A stretch of DNA of 64,000 nt, taken from NCBI GenBank assembly GCA_010093605.1, contig MU004194.1, forward strand, positions 254,156 to 318,155, in the 5' to 3' direction. The stretch is from Lophium mytilinum. Its lineage: Eukaryota. Shown in pieces: positions 51,371 to 64,000 of the stretch. Both the position numbers and the translations under genes were made by a program. The notes under the pieces are model-generated. The model was not told where the DNA came from. It saw only the letters and a program-made list of their open reading frames with translations, and made no database searches. Numbering within the stretch: the first letter of the stretch is position 1; every line of letters starts with the position of its first letter.

Positions 51371-53150
51371 TCAATTTCCAACAAAGTACTCTGTAACGCC
51401 CCTTTTCGTCTTCCATCGCTGAAACATGCATGTCAAGGGAAAGAGCGCCGAGTTGACCGCGCCCCATGCAATCAAAATGCCGAAGTCGAGCCCGATGCGG
51501 GAATGGAGGTTGAATAGTATCTGGCGACTGCCCTCTACGACTACATAGCAACACGATCAATCAGTACAACTTCTCTCTACAGCAAAATGTTTGGAGAGAC
51601 CACTCACCCTGATGCAAAGGCCAAGCGTAGCCCCATCGATAAAACGCCGGTTCGATCTCAATGTCGTAGAAACTGGTAGACACGTTCGTAATCACCCAGA
51701 AGATCAACCTGGAGATGAGTTATCAGCTTTGCAACCCATGATAGCGTATGGGGAGTAGAGTCACACCATAGCCCCATCCACGGCTGCCCAACCACCATCG
51801 CTACATTCTCACACGCAAGCCCGAGCGCGATCATCCCAAAGAAGTTGAGCATCCAGTAGACTACAAAAGTACCGTGACCGTATGCGATAGGGTTGCCGTA
51901 CGCAATGTCTGTCGTCTGCGTTTCAGAGGTGATGGGGTTCGCGTGCGTGAAGTTGATCTGAAACGCCATGGAGACGAAAGAGTAGGCGAGGGAGAGGAAG
52001 AGGTAGGCAGACATCGTAGCGCAGTAGCGCCAGAGGATAAGCTGCCAGAACTTGAGAGGCGGGTGGCCTTTTGGGTTGAGGTATTGCATGTGGATTGGGA
52101 GGTAGAAGGAGAATGAGAAGAAGGATATGATGATGAGGTCTGGGTGTCATTAGCTTCGAATGATCTGAAGATAGGCAATAGTAGGTCTCTTACAGATTAG
52201 CCCGATGCTGACAGCCGGAATAGACGTGTACGGATAGAAAGGTCGGAGATTGAACTCTGAGAACCCAATCGCAGGACTGATGGCCTGAGGCGCCGCTTGC
52301 ATGTTCGCCAACACTGCTGGATCCGACGCGTTCTGCAATACCATCCCAGCCCACATCTTGCCCACCATACTCGTTGCCTGCGTTTGGAACATGCTGATCT
52401 GCGGGAGCAGGAAATCGTACCAATTGGTGTCGTCCCGGGAATCTTGGTACACCAGCTGGCAAGCCCCCATCGGGTCGTACGAAGCATTCCCGGTCGCGAT
52501 TGCGGAGTACAGCATAGCTGTAGCATTTGGGTTGATGATAATCGCGGCCCATGCGTCCCAGTTGTAGACAGCCTGGCGAACTTGCAGCGGGTCGTTGTTG
52601 AAGTGAGATGGAGGCAGGGAGCCGTACCCTAAGTGGGCCATGCCGGAGTTTACTGTTTGTTCTGCGAGCTGCACGATGGCTGGTCCTACGATGGGCGCAT
52701 GGCCGGTACTATCATATGGTGCTTGACCGTCGAAGTCCACTATGTAGACGACTAATTTATTTATTTTACTCTCCGGACCGTTGAGGTGGAAGAAAACGCC
52801 CCAGTCTGTGTCATCAGCATAAAATATCAATGGGAATGAGGACTGCTACTAACATATTGATAGCACAGCCAAGATGAAAGTCATCAGGAAAGTTGCTGAA
52901 GCATATACGTTAGCTGATTGAGGCTTCCATCTGATAGTTGCGAGCACGTACTCGTAATCGCCCACTTCTGAAACGCTCTTTTCCGGACGTGATCGAGACT
53001 CGGATGCCAGAAACCTACTGGCTGAGGCTGGCCTCCCGATTCATCACCTTTCTCTTCATTACTGCCATCGCGGCCGTCCGGACTGTTCTCTTTCGAGCTC
53101 CCATCTTGCTGACTTGCATCACTCTTCCGCTTTCGTAGTCGGTCAAACAT
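51371..53150 (-). CDS. Sng1-like multi-pass membrane protein (DUF3533 family)
   Basis: VYIVDFDG; WAAIIINPNAT; AVSIGLI; GTFVVYWMLNFFGMIALGLACEN; FYRWGYAWPLH; RIGLDFGILIAW. Confidence 0.8.
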
Positions 53151-53871
53151 TGTGAATAATGGAGAAAGCACTAGTATTACAGAGATACGAAGGAAAGAGA
53201 CAGAGGATCTGACATAACAGCTTTGCCATTCTTCAAAGCGTCTTTGACTACTTAAGTACGAAACGAAATGACGTCGACCATTTCACCACCCGAACGCACG
53301 TTAAAAGGTCCTCGGTGATGCGCCGTCCCATCGCGCCCGCGGCGTTAGGGAACTATACTATGTACATGACTAATTAAGTGCGGGAAGCTAACCGATCGCT
53401 CATGCGCAGGAACATTGCGACTGCGAATGGTGATGTCAACAAGCCCATCTCGGATGCTGCCGGCGATGAGCCGCAATTCGCCCCACCACGTGAATACGCG
53501 ATGAGAGATCTTCAGCCGCAAAGGTGATTGCCCAGTAACAGGCATCGAGTCCAAAGATCACAATCCAAACCCTTAGCGTCGCGTCGATTGAATATATTGA
53601 CTGCTGTAACTAAGTAATGGCTTTCTGCCAAAGTACCGCTCTGCTCTCAGTGCTGATGTTATGTAATTGAGACAAGAACCTCAGCGTACCCTGACCGAAA
53701 TCAAGTGATCGATTGACCAGCAACGAAAGGAAATGGGAAGCTAGCTGGGAATCCTCCTCATCCAAAGTCCTGGTGTTTGAGTCCAAGGGGTATATGTAAT
53801 AACGCCGAAAACACCGCAAAGCATCCCTCGTAAATCATCTCCACATGGCCCCCGTGGTGTGGACTGCAGGG

Positions 53872-55138
53872 TCAAGCATCAGGGTCAGTATCGGACCCGC
53901 TTGAATGCATCGACAACATGGGAGCCAGTTCCATCATTTTGTTGCGACAGTGGACGACCAGGATCGCGACCGCCAGACTGTTCCAGACATCGTAGTCGTC
54001 TTGGCCGTAGTCGAAGATGGCGATCATGCGAAGAGACGGCCATGGGGCCAAGATATCGTAGCAGACGAACGCCATGACGGTGTGACTAACAATGAGCCCG
54101 TACAGACTCGGTAGCTTGCAGGTGAACTCCTCCTCACTCGGCGGCTCCACAGACTCGGCGCCATCTTCGTCCCGCTCGACGCTCGAGCGAATGCGGAACG
54201 CGTCTTTGAATTGAGATCCCATGTAACTCAGCCGGGCAAGCATGTTGCTATGAAGCGTCGAGGTGGGCATGGTCTTCGGTCCTGACTCGAAAGCAAGAAT
54301 TGGGAGGTTCCAGGCCCCATCGACTTTTCCATCGGTAGTAGCCCACTTGAGGTAGGCCCAGACGCCACGACGGATGATGTCCTCGGGAGTACGCTGAGCA
54401 GCTGGTGAGATGATCGAGTCGCGGGTTCTCGGACCAAGCTCGAGGAGAGCTTTGAGCGCTTTTGTGCCTAGAACCAAATTAGCAAAATGCCACGAAGATG
54501 TCGGTGTGGGTGAGCGAAGGCTACATACCTCTGAAGTCGGTCCCAAGAGTAGGCTTGATAAAAGCTTCGTGACGATGGCTGGTAAAAAGATTGGATGGCA
54601 TCATGTCGAAATCTGAGGCCCATGACTTCGGCATGAGCGGCTCGAAGCCTCTCAGCTTGACCTTCTGGTAGACGAAGACGGCATCCTCAGCCCAGCCGGT
54701 CGAGCGAAGCTCACTGACCTCCTCCTCTCGTCGCTTGCGTTCGGCGATATTGGCGTGGGCGGCCTTGTTCAGCTCGTAGTCTCCATCGTCGACGACGATG
54801 GTCTCTTCATTGGCGTCCCAGGCATCTTCGTCGGGAATGTCCTCGATCAGCTGATCGATCAGCGTATCCCCCTCGAAGTCGGTGTAAGGTCTCTCGAGAG
54901 AAGTTGGGGTCAAAGTTCGGTCGAGCTCATCGCTATCGATAAGGCTGGGTGAAGTGGCGTTCAAATTCCAGCTATTCACTCGAGTCGCGGGGCTCATAGA
55001 ACGAGGATTGAAGCTGGAGCGTGGGACAGACTTGCGCGGCGTCGGGAGGGCCTTGAAGGGTTTGTCGCGGCGCTGTTGGGTCTTGCGAGGGGAGACGAAG
55101 CCCCAGAAGCGGTCGCTGATATTGCGCAGAAAGGCCAT
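53872..55138 (-). CDS. Hypothetical fungal protein, two exons
   Basis: ORFs 54521-55138 and 53872-54546 joined by an intron near 54468-54527; RGFEPLMPKSW, LPSLYGLIVSHTVMAFV, DVWNSLAVAILV, acidic end DPDA. Confidence 0.7.
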
Positions 55139-55656
55139 CGCGAGCGCTGCGCAGAGTCGAAAGGTTGAAGGAGGCGTGCGACAAGCCGAGCTAAGGGAGG
55201 CTCGTTGCGTGGTGGAAGAAGTGAAAAGCGACGGTTGCGGACGGTGGATGGAAACGAAAGAGGTTGAAAGGAGGCGACGTGGTGCACAATAGCAATTGTG
55301 GTCCCATAATAGCTATTGTCCCAACTCACCGCATACGGAGCTCGAGCTTCGAGGTGGCTGGGGAGGCCGGCGGGCGGTGAGCGCGCGAGTTGGAGCTAAT
55401 CCAGGAACGGACAGTGTCACATGACGCGGGAGTCTCGTCCATATATCTTTGCCATGAGCATACGCCAGGGCAGCCACGTAGACTCTGCCTTGGTAAGAAT
55501 AAGAACTTATGAGCTACATGTTCGATCTGCAGGGTGTGCAAGCTAAGCGTGCAGTAGCTGCACCGTGGTGGTTAGGGTGGCGCGAAATCAAAGACGCGGG
55601 GCATTTTTTTCTCAGAGCCTTACGATAAGATCTCATCCCACCATCACTGCAACACA

Positions 55657-56725
55657 ATGGCGCCCTCCGCGACCACCCCCGAGAAGAGTCTCGCGCCCAT
55701 TGATCCACAGGTTCTCGCCCTACGCAAAGTTCTTACCTCTGAGTCCGCACCTCTCGCCCACCGCTTCCGAGCTCTCTTCTCCCTGAAGCACCTCGCTTCC
55801 CTGTCGCCGCCGACTCCTCAAACACGCCCCGCCATCGACGCAATCGCTGCCGCCTTCACGTCCCCTTCCGCGCTACTGAAGCACGAACTAGCGTACTGTT
55901 TGGGCCAGTCGCGGAATGATGCAGCTGTGCCATACCTGCGCACGGTGCTGGAGGACCGGAAGGAGGACGCAATGTGTCGACACGAAGCCGCGGAAGCCTT
56001 GGGGGCTTTAGGCGACCAAGATAGCTTGAGTTTGCTCAGGGGCATGAGGGACGATGCCCAGGAGCTGGATGTCGTGAGAGAGACCTGCGAGATCGCGGTT
56101 GAGCGGATCGAATGGGAGCACGGCGTCACACGAAAGGATGAGCAACTCAAGCAGAGGTGTGACACACGACCAAATCTTGTAGACGACCAGAGACTAATTG
56201 GATGCTAGCGATTTTGCCTCTATAGATCCGGCGCCCCCATTGCCACAGGCCAGTTCCAAGCCTGCAATACCGGAGCTGCAAAAGACCCTTCTGGATACTT
56301 CGCTTCCGCTTTTCCAGCGGTACCGCGCCATGTTCGCGCTCCGCAATCTGTCCTCTCCGCCTGACCTTCCCACCGCGGTGCCGGCTGTCCAGGCGCTTGC
56401 CAGTGGCTTCCAGGATCCGTCTGCTCTCTTCCGCCACGAGATTGCATTCGTCTTCGGCCAACTATCCCATCCTGCGTCCATACCCAGCCTGACAGAGACA
56501 CTGAGTAACACCAAGGAAGCTAGCATGGTGCGACACGAAGCAGCAGAGGCCCTGGGTAGCCTGGGAGACGAGGAGGGAGTCGAGGAAACCCTGAAGAAAT
56601 TCCTGGATGATCCGGAGCAGGTTGTGAGAGACAGCGTGATTGTGGCACTGGATATGGCCGAGTTCGAGAAGAATGGGGAGACTGAGTACGCGATCATCCC
56701 AGAAGCAGGATTGGTTGACGTGTAA
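55657..56725 (+). CDS. LIA1: Deoxyhypusine hydroxylase (HEAT-repeat di-iron enzyme)
   Basis: RFRALFSLK; four HE motifs [48 protein letters not shown]; one intron. Confidence 0.95.
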
Positions 56726-56840
56726 CAGTCGATCAGAGCACTATGCATGCATTGTAGGCGTTCAAAAAGGGAGCTGGTGTGACAACGGGGTGGGGCATTG
56801 GGTTGGGTTTTGCGAAAACATGTTCCCTGGTCCCCTCAAT

Positions 56841-57352
56841 CTAGTTATTGTCGTTCCATCTGTAGAACAGGTTTAGCAGTTAGAAATGAAGACGGGAATT
56901 GCCACCTACTTGTAGCCACACTCGCAGGTGTAGAAGACGGTGGTGCCTTCGTCGGCGCCGCGGAGCTGCTGGGTGTAGTAGCGGACTTCGTCCCGGCCAC
57001 ACTTCTTGCACGTCTCCTTGATGGCTGCGCTTGTCTGCATATCCGCCTCCGTAAGCGTCTGGACTTCCGACCTCTTCGCGCGCAGAGCCGACGGGAATGC
57101 GGTCGGCTTGGACTGTGTGACGACGACCTTGGACGAGGTATCTAGACAGCGGTCAGCACCGGCTGGCTGCAGGTGAAGTCATGGCGACGAGAACCGGACG
57201 AGAAAGTGAAACACAGTGAGGAGGGGAGAGTGCGGACCTTTGCAGGATGCGCCGCAGACATCACAGGTGAGGATGGTCCTCCCTACGCCCGTGTTGCTGT
57301 CGAGGAGATTGCCGCAGTCGGTGCAGAAGACTAGGGACGCGATGGCCGACAT
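56841..57352 (-). CDS. RPA12: RNA polymerase I subunit Rpa12
   Basis: MSAIASLVFCTDCGNLL zinc ribbon; FPSALRAKRS; IKETCKKCG; QQLRGADEGTTVFYTCECG; two introns. Confidence 0.92.
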
Positions 57353-57783
57353 GCTGTCTAGCGATTCACGGTTTTGTAGGGCGAAGACGCGGGTTCACGA
57401 GGCGGGAGAGCTGGTGTTGAGGGTTCTGGGTTGCAGGCTGGAAGAAGGGCTATTTTACGCGATTTTCGCAGGCAGATTGAATAAATTGAGAGGTCCGGGC
57501 GTGCAGGCTTAACTTGGGCTCGGCAGGGCTGAAGCGCGTGGAGGCCATCCCGACTTCGAGGTGTGCCGTGCACTGTCACGACAAAGCAAACAGCAAACGC
57601 TGCACGCCGCCGCCGTCTGCACCTTTCCAGAACCCAGGCCCACCGTCGCCCATGTCTTGAGGCCCGAATGCCCGCAGAAGGCGCCCTCTATCTCCCGCGC
57701 GCCCTCCGCCTCCTCCCCCAATCGACGCCCATCCGCCTGGGGACCCTCCATTACCCACGTTACCTCTCCCTCTGCTCGCAACA

Positions 57784-60700
57784 ATGAACGGCCATCGTCA
57801 AACTGCCAATGGCGGCTCACTGCCGTTCCGTCCTCCGACTGTGGACCAAGCCTTTCAGCACTCACCCTTGACCTCAATCGTGCCCTTCTCGCCCGGTGAG
57901 TTCGCCAGCTATTTACTTCAACACCATATATACATTCCTACAGAATCATATATCTACCGCTTCTAGCTCTTTCTAACAGTTTCTGCCTTAAAGATACCAT
58001 TCCGTTCCCTTCGGCCAATCCTCCTAGCTCCTCCGCCGTTTTCTCCCATCCCGACCAGCGAACTTCTGCCCAGCGTGTCTTGGACTCCCTCAACTCAGAG
58101 GCGACCAGTCACCAAGATCAACAAGGCACCTCCGCGCGCCTGCGGAAGACGCTTCAGGACCTGAAGCAGCTACTGAGCGCCAACGAGCTTACAGAATTGT
58201 AAGGATTCGATGCACATGAGGATGCGTTTACTGTCTTGGCCACCGCTGACTTATGACCTAGCTCGTTCAAAGGCGCCCCTCCGCTACCGACCCCTCCTCC
58301 AGACTCTCCAACTGTGACCACGGCCGCCAATGGGTTTCTGAAGCACTCAGGAGAGCCAAAGCTTAGTCCCTTCGCTAAGATGGTTCTGTCCAACACAGAT
58401 ATTGCGCATAGATGTTCGTACGCAGGCAAAGCTTCATGAGGGAGAAAACTGACTGTAGGTGCTAGATCCGACACCCGATTCTCCGCTGGGTTCTGGCCGA
58501 CGCATGTCCTCGGCCAGAAAACCTCCCAGAGCCTCCCCTACTACACCCCACCAACCAGCCGCGGGCCGAAATCAAGTAGCAGTGAGCCAGAATGCGAAGC
58601 TTGGGCTACCTGGGAACAATGTGTCCACGCCGAAGAAAGTCCCCCAGGTCCTTGTTCCGGGATTGCCATCTTCCTCTCGGCGCGAGGATTATCAAAGCTT
58701 CGCATATCTCGACGAGCAAGACGGGCCGCTATCGCATAAGCGAAAGCGACCGGAAGCTGATGAAGATGCTGTCACTGTCACCTTCAACCAGCAACAGAAA
58801 GCAGATAAAAAGAAAGAGGAGCTTCAAACTCTGCTTGACGACATTTTTGAGGCCGAAGACATGTACGAATTCGAAAGCTCCCTGTCCCCTGAGGCGAGAG
58901 AATATATTACTGTGAAGGAGGTTGGGCATGTGGACGCTCCTGTTCTTACAAAAGACGCTCAAAGGACAATAAATACCAAGCTCCAACCTGTCTTAGACGC
59001 TGGCAGGTTCAGTGAGATTTCCGTGGACGACATCCTTCGACTCCAAAAGCTTTGTAAGAGAAGGATAGATTCAATTGATACTGTCTCGCTTGACATCGAT
59101 TCTGAACGGGAAGGAGAACGCCTCAAAGACTGGCTCTCTCAGGATGTGGAGCACGCACTGGAAGCTGCAAAGATCCTCCTCAAGACCATGACAGCTGGCA
59201 GAGTTGAGAAGAAGATATACTCTGAGGGTATGGTGGGGAGTGTTGTAAACGCTCTCAACCGCACGCTCGGGAGTATGATTATTATTGCTGAAAGCAGGCC
59301 CAAGTCAGCAATTTTTGACGTCTCCACCAAGCATGAAAAGGTTCCCGAACTCCTGCAAAAGAGTGGGAAAATCCTAGAATTGCTGGGAGAACTTGTCGTC
59401 ACTGTTCAAGTGGCGGAGTCGGCCGTCACAAGCACCGAAGATCTGTCAACGAGGCTTCTATTCGCCGAGAACGCGACTTCCGAGAAAGATTCAGCGCTTG
59501 GGATCAAAAGATTCGAGGTTGTTCGATCCATCGCTATGGATGTCTTAGCGAATATCTTTGCTCGATACGAAGAACGGCGATCGTCGGCTTTAACGGACGT
59601 CCTGAACTCCTTAGGCAAGCTCTCTGTTGATCGACGAAGTGCGCGACAGTACAAGATGGCAGATGGAAGGGCGATTCAGCTGGTGTCTGCACTCCTGATG
59701 CGTCTTGTGCAGACTAATGCCACAATATCCAATGCCCAACAGACTGGCAAGGGGCGTTTGATTCACAGTTCTAAGGAAGATGACGAGCACGAAGATGGAG
59801 AGGATAGTTCCAAGAGCTCAGATGGTGATGCTTCGAGGAAGAAAAAGCCCAACAAAGCTGCCAATCTTTCAAGTCTAAGCTTAGCCAAGATAGCAGGAAG
59901 ATTTCATGATGAAGCACAGATGGCTACCGATTTCGTGGTGAAGCACCTGGTGGAACGGGCCAAAGAAACGACCAAGTCTGCGGACCTGCCATTCCGGAAT
60001 CTTATGGATATTTTCACAGAGGATTTTCTCAATGTTTTAGGCTCACCGGAGTGGCCAGCTGCTGCAATCTTCCTGCATAAGCTCTCGCAATACATGACTT
60101 TCATCATTGTTGACAAAAAGAAGCAATACTCAGTTCAGGCTAAGACCATGGCCTTGGACATATTGGGTATCATGGGGTCAGGCCTCATCGATTTGCAGGT
60201 CCGTTTAGGAAAAGATGCCCAGAAGCTTGATAAGAGGCAGTCTACTCTTTCTGGGCTCTTGTCACAAGTCGGGGAACAGCTTTCAGAACAGCTCTTGGAC
60301 CAACTCTCGAGCCAACTCTCCGGTAATTCCTCAAAGCTGGATACATCCGTCACGATCCCTAGCAAGGCCGATCTCTTAGATTTCGAAGGACCGTACCGCA
60401 TTGTTCTAGAATACCTTCGTCATTCAACGCGGAGCGAAGATCGGAGAAGCGCACAGGGATGTTATACCCAGCGCTGGGCCTCTGACTTATGTGAAATGAT
60501 GAAAAGTCAAGAGACGAACGATGAAGAGAATCCCGCTCTAATTACGTTGGAGCAACGCCTAAAGCACATGATTCTTGACCCTGCTTGGCTGGCTGCAGAG
60601 TAGTAAGTTCAGCTTTCTTTGTAACGTGGAATCTCAACGAAACTAAACTCATTATAGCGACTTCGAACTCGTCTCAGAAGACCATGGCCGGGTTGCTGCT

Positions 60701-63526
60701 ATGATTGTTGCCCTGCACTCACCCTTCAGTCGATACCTACCATATATTGTGGGTTTCATACTGCAATCAATGTCCAATCCGGGTAAAATTAGAAGCCAAA
60801 GTTTGAAAAGCCTAGGGATGCTTATGGAGAAGAACCCGAGAATTCTGAACGAACGCATACTCGAAAAAATAACCGACTCTTTGACGGATGTCGGGGCTCA
60901 AGTTCGAGAATACTCACTACAGCTCCTCGACAAATGCCTGCGCTGGAACCCTGCGATCGAGACCCAATGCACATTGAAGATAATTCTCACAACGTACGAC
61001 CCGAGTCCCAAGATCAAGAAGAAGGCGATGGAGATTTTAAAGGGCATATACCTGCGCAATGAGACGCCAACTGTCAAAACCTCTATCGCGGATGCGCTGT
61101 TGAAAAAAATTCAAGATACAGACGAGGATGTCTCGAAGGAGGCTTGCAATTTGCTCGCAGGCATCTGGATTGCACCCTACTATGAGGTTGCAACTTCCGC
61201 AGACGTAAAGCTCCAACTGGCCCTTCGCGCTCAAGTGTCACTCATCATTCGGACGGTACGGACCCAACAGCAGTCTGGTGTGCGCCTGGAAGAATTACTG
61301 CGGCACATTCTTACCGATGATCCAAGATCAGCTGACCCGAACTTTCGTGTTTGCAAAAGCATGGTGGCCGAACTGTTTGAAGGCGTGATCGACAATGCCG
61401 TCCTCCCTGATAAGCCGGAACAATGGTGGATTGTGGAGACTCTTGCGGCCTTTGCGCACGCGAGTGGCAAGCTTTTCACAGTGGAGCAAATAGTGACGCT
61501 ACAGACTTTTACAAAGGACGTCAAAGACTCTAACGATTTGCGGACTCTGCGGGCCGTTATGGTTGTGTTCCGTCACGTCCTTCCACTCCACAGCATTTAC
61601 CCGGATAACTTTCTTCCCACTGTCAGAAGTGCCCTACAACAATCTCTAGGGAAAATGGGTAATCAGGAGATCAACGAGTGTGCTCAATGTTTCGCCATTA
61701 TTGACGGAATCTTGAAGGAGGAAGGTCAGAGACCATTTAGTACCATTATGCCCATGTTGAGGCAGGTTTTGAACATAGCGAATAAGCCCCTCGACGAGGC
61801 CAATCTTTCCAAACGGTTAGCCATCATTGGCTACTTCGGGAAACACTGTAATCTCGAGCATCGAATCGAGGACGTCAAAAAGAACGTCCCGGCTTTGAAA
61901 TTCGAGACAGTCGCGGACCTCCTTGTCAACGTCCTGCTCCCCTTCACACTAGAGAAGCATCCAAAAGGCGTTCGTCGACAAGCTCTCGAAGGTGTGGCCA
62001 TGATTTGCCACAGCTTTCCAAAACAGTACGCCAGAGAGGACGTGAACAAGGCCTTCGAGCTTGTATTTGCAAACGAAGACATCGGTCTGAAGTCCAGCTT
62101 ACTAGACCATTTCCTGGATGTCTTTGCTCATGAAGAGAACCGGTCGAGCGTAGGAGAAGGCATTTTCGTCAATTCTATGAAGGCAGATGAGTTCGGCGGC
62201 GTGCCTCACAAACTTGCACGGAAATTTAGACGCCATGCCATCCAAATCGCTCTTACTTCAACCGGTCTTATAGCACTTCAAGCAGCCAAATTCATTGCAA
62301 GTAGCAATCGCCAAGGCCTTATCCTTCCGATAGAGTGCTTGCCGGCCCTGGTTGCTCTGGAGACGTCACCAGACCCAGCCATCGCCAATGTCGCGACCCA
62401 GGAACATCGGAATCTCTGGAAGAAGAACAGCGGGTTGGACAAAGAGTATATGGAGGGAGTGTCTCTTGCCTTTGATCATCATCGTAACATCATAAAGGAC
62501 GCTAAAGGAGCCAGCATCAACGTAAAAGAAGGAAAATCCTCTTTTGTTCCCAAGCTCCGTCTATGCTACGATGTTCTATGCAGCGGCGAGTCCAGACCGA
62601 GAAAGAAATTCCTTTCAAATCTAGTCGATCGGCTCAATTTTCAGCTCTCCAAACTCGATACCAGCGGCGTCGAACCACGGCCTTTGAACTATGCGCGCTT
62701 TTGTGCAGAGAATCTCGCCTTGTTTGATTACACTCGTGTGGAAGAGGTAGTGCTTGTCACTGACTGCTTGCACAACGTGGTCATTGCTACTGGGAGCCTA
62801 GTGGCACAGGAGATCGAGCCGGATATTTTAGGCAACGGTCTCGACATTGAGCCCATCCAGCAAGAAGGAACAGCTCTAGCTACCACTCGGTATTCTAGCC
62901 TCGCGCACGATCCGAGTGCTCCCAATGATCTCACACCGACCGAAAAGAGCCTGCCTTCGAAGCCTCCGGTAAAGCCAATCGACGAGTCTCGGCTGCGCCA
63001 TCTCACCGTAGCCAGCATGATACTCACGCTCATGTGGGAGACGAAGAAATTCTTACGTCATTACTGGAGCCTTGATCGTAGCAAGTCCAGCGCCAAAATG
63101 ACGCCCAAAGAGCTCAACAGCCGGCCTACTAAAGCCACTTTCAGCACTCCTGATAAACACCTGCAGCGTATCGCAGAGATCATGTCTTCGCTCGACGACA
63201 CGGACGCCATGCTGGCGCGGTGCAAAGCCTTTGCCGACTTGATTTCCCACGACGACGAAGCCAAAAACAAGTCAGACGTCGAGGATGACGGGCTGCTAGG
63301 TCGGGTAGCAGATGGCTACGACACCCCTGTTGGCAGCGGAGACGAGGACAACGCCAGCAATCCGCCCAGTGGCAGCGGTAGGGGTCGCAAGAGGAAGAGT
63401 TCGTTCCCTGCTGGAGGAACGCCGAGGAAGAGGAAGACCGGCGGGACTGGAAAGCCGAGGGGACGACCGCGGAAGTCGAGGGGTGGCTCAGGGAGCACGC
63501 CTGACGCAGACGATGGGTGGGATTGA
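57784..63526 (+). CDS. SCC2: Cohesin loader Scc2/Mis4/NIPBL
   Basis: PTVDQAFQHSPLTSIVPF N-terminus; IQLVSALLMRLVQ; PFRNLMDIFTEDFLNVLGSPEWPAA; HEAT repeats; CLPALVALETSP; RFCAENLALFDY; ~1800 aa over five exons. Confidence 0.9.
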
Positions 63527-64000
63527 GTTTTTCTTTTTCGACGTTTCGGTCTTGATTCGCCGTGCATCTGGGAACCGATCCTTTGATCGATCGATACGTG
63601 GACCGGAGTCATCGGCAGCACTTTCATGGTTTGGGAGATACCCCTCTTGCATTATACTTTACGGTTTGCGGTTTTCAGCGAAGCCACTCGGCGTTGTTGG
63701 CGGGTTTTAGAACTGGCTCTTTTCTTTCTTCTCTGAACTGCCTTGCTGGCGGGTCTGGGGCTATACTTCTGGCTCTCTCGGGACGAGAGAATGCATGAGG
63801 CCTGATCGGATGGGAACTCCGCTTCTCAGGCACTGGCGTCTTTCATCGAGCTTCTGTCACCGCAGATCTCATGGATCGCGGTTAGATACTGTAAAATAAT
63901 TCCAGAATCGATTTAGCCAAGAATGGTTGGCGGAATCACAAATACACCTGCATATAGATCACTGTGCCTGAGACATTCCCGCTGAAGCGGTATTCGAATT

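Overview
Eukaryotic, intron-rich DNA from a filamentous ascomycete (Pezizomycotina, probably Dothideomycete-like). Introns are mostly short GT-AG with CTRAC branch sites. The window is gene-dense core genome. It holds about 25 protein genes (EXO84 partial, TOM20, YPT6/RAB6, NOP53, ARC1, GAL10-type epimerase, SUN-domain protein, YUH1, Git3/Gpr1-type GPCR, DCS1, ferric reductase, POLD4, PPS1, a Kelch-less PPM2/TYW4-JmjC protein, ATG18, PI31, a C2H2 factor, a YVC1-like TRP channel, SNG1-like, LIA1/DOHH, RPA12, SCC2 and hypotheticals) and one tRNA-Val(AAC). The most unusual element is a ~1.45 kb non-coding array of 10 diverged repeats between the divergent GAL10 and SUN genes. Its units share a ~90 bp core, with a period of 129 bp and then ~162 bp. 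It is followed by a probable 5'-UTR intron of the SUN gene that carries a cluster of CTATTGT motifs. No transposase, CRISPR array or rRNA was seen. Gene models were spliced and families assigned by eye from motifs; no database searches were run.
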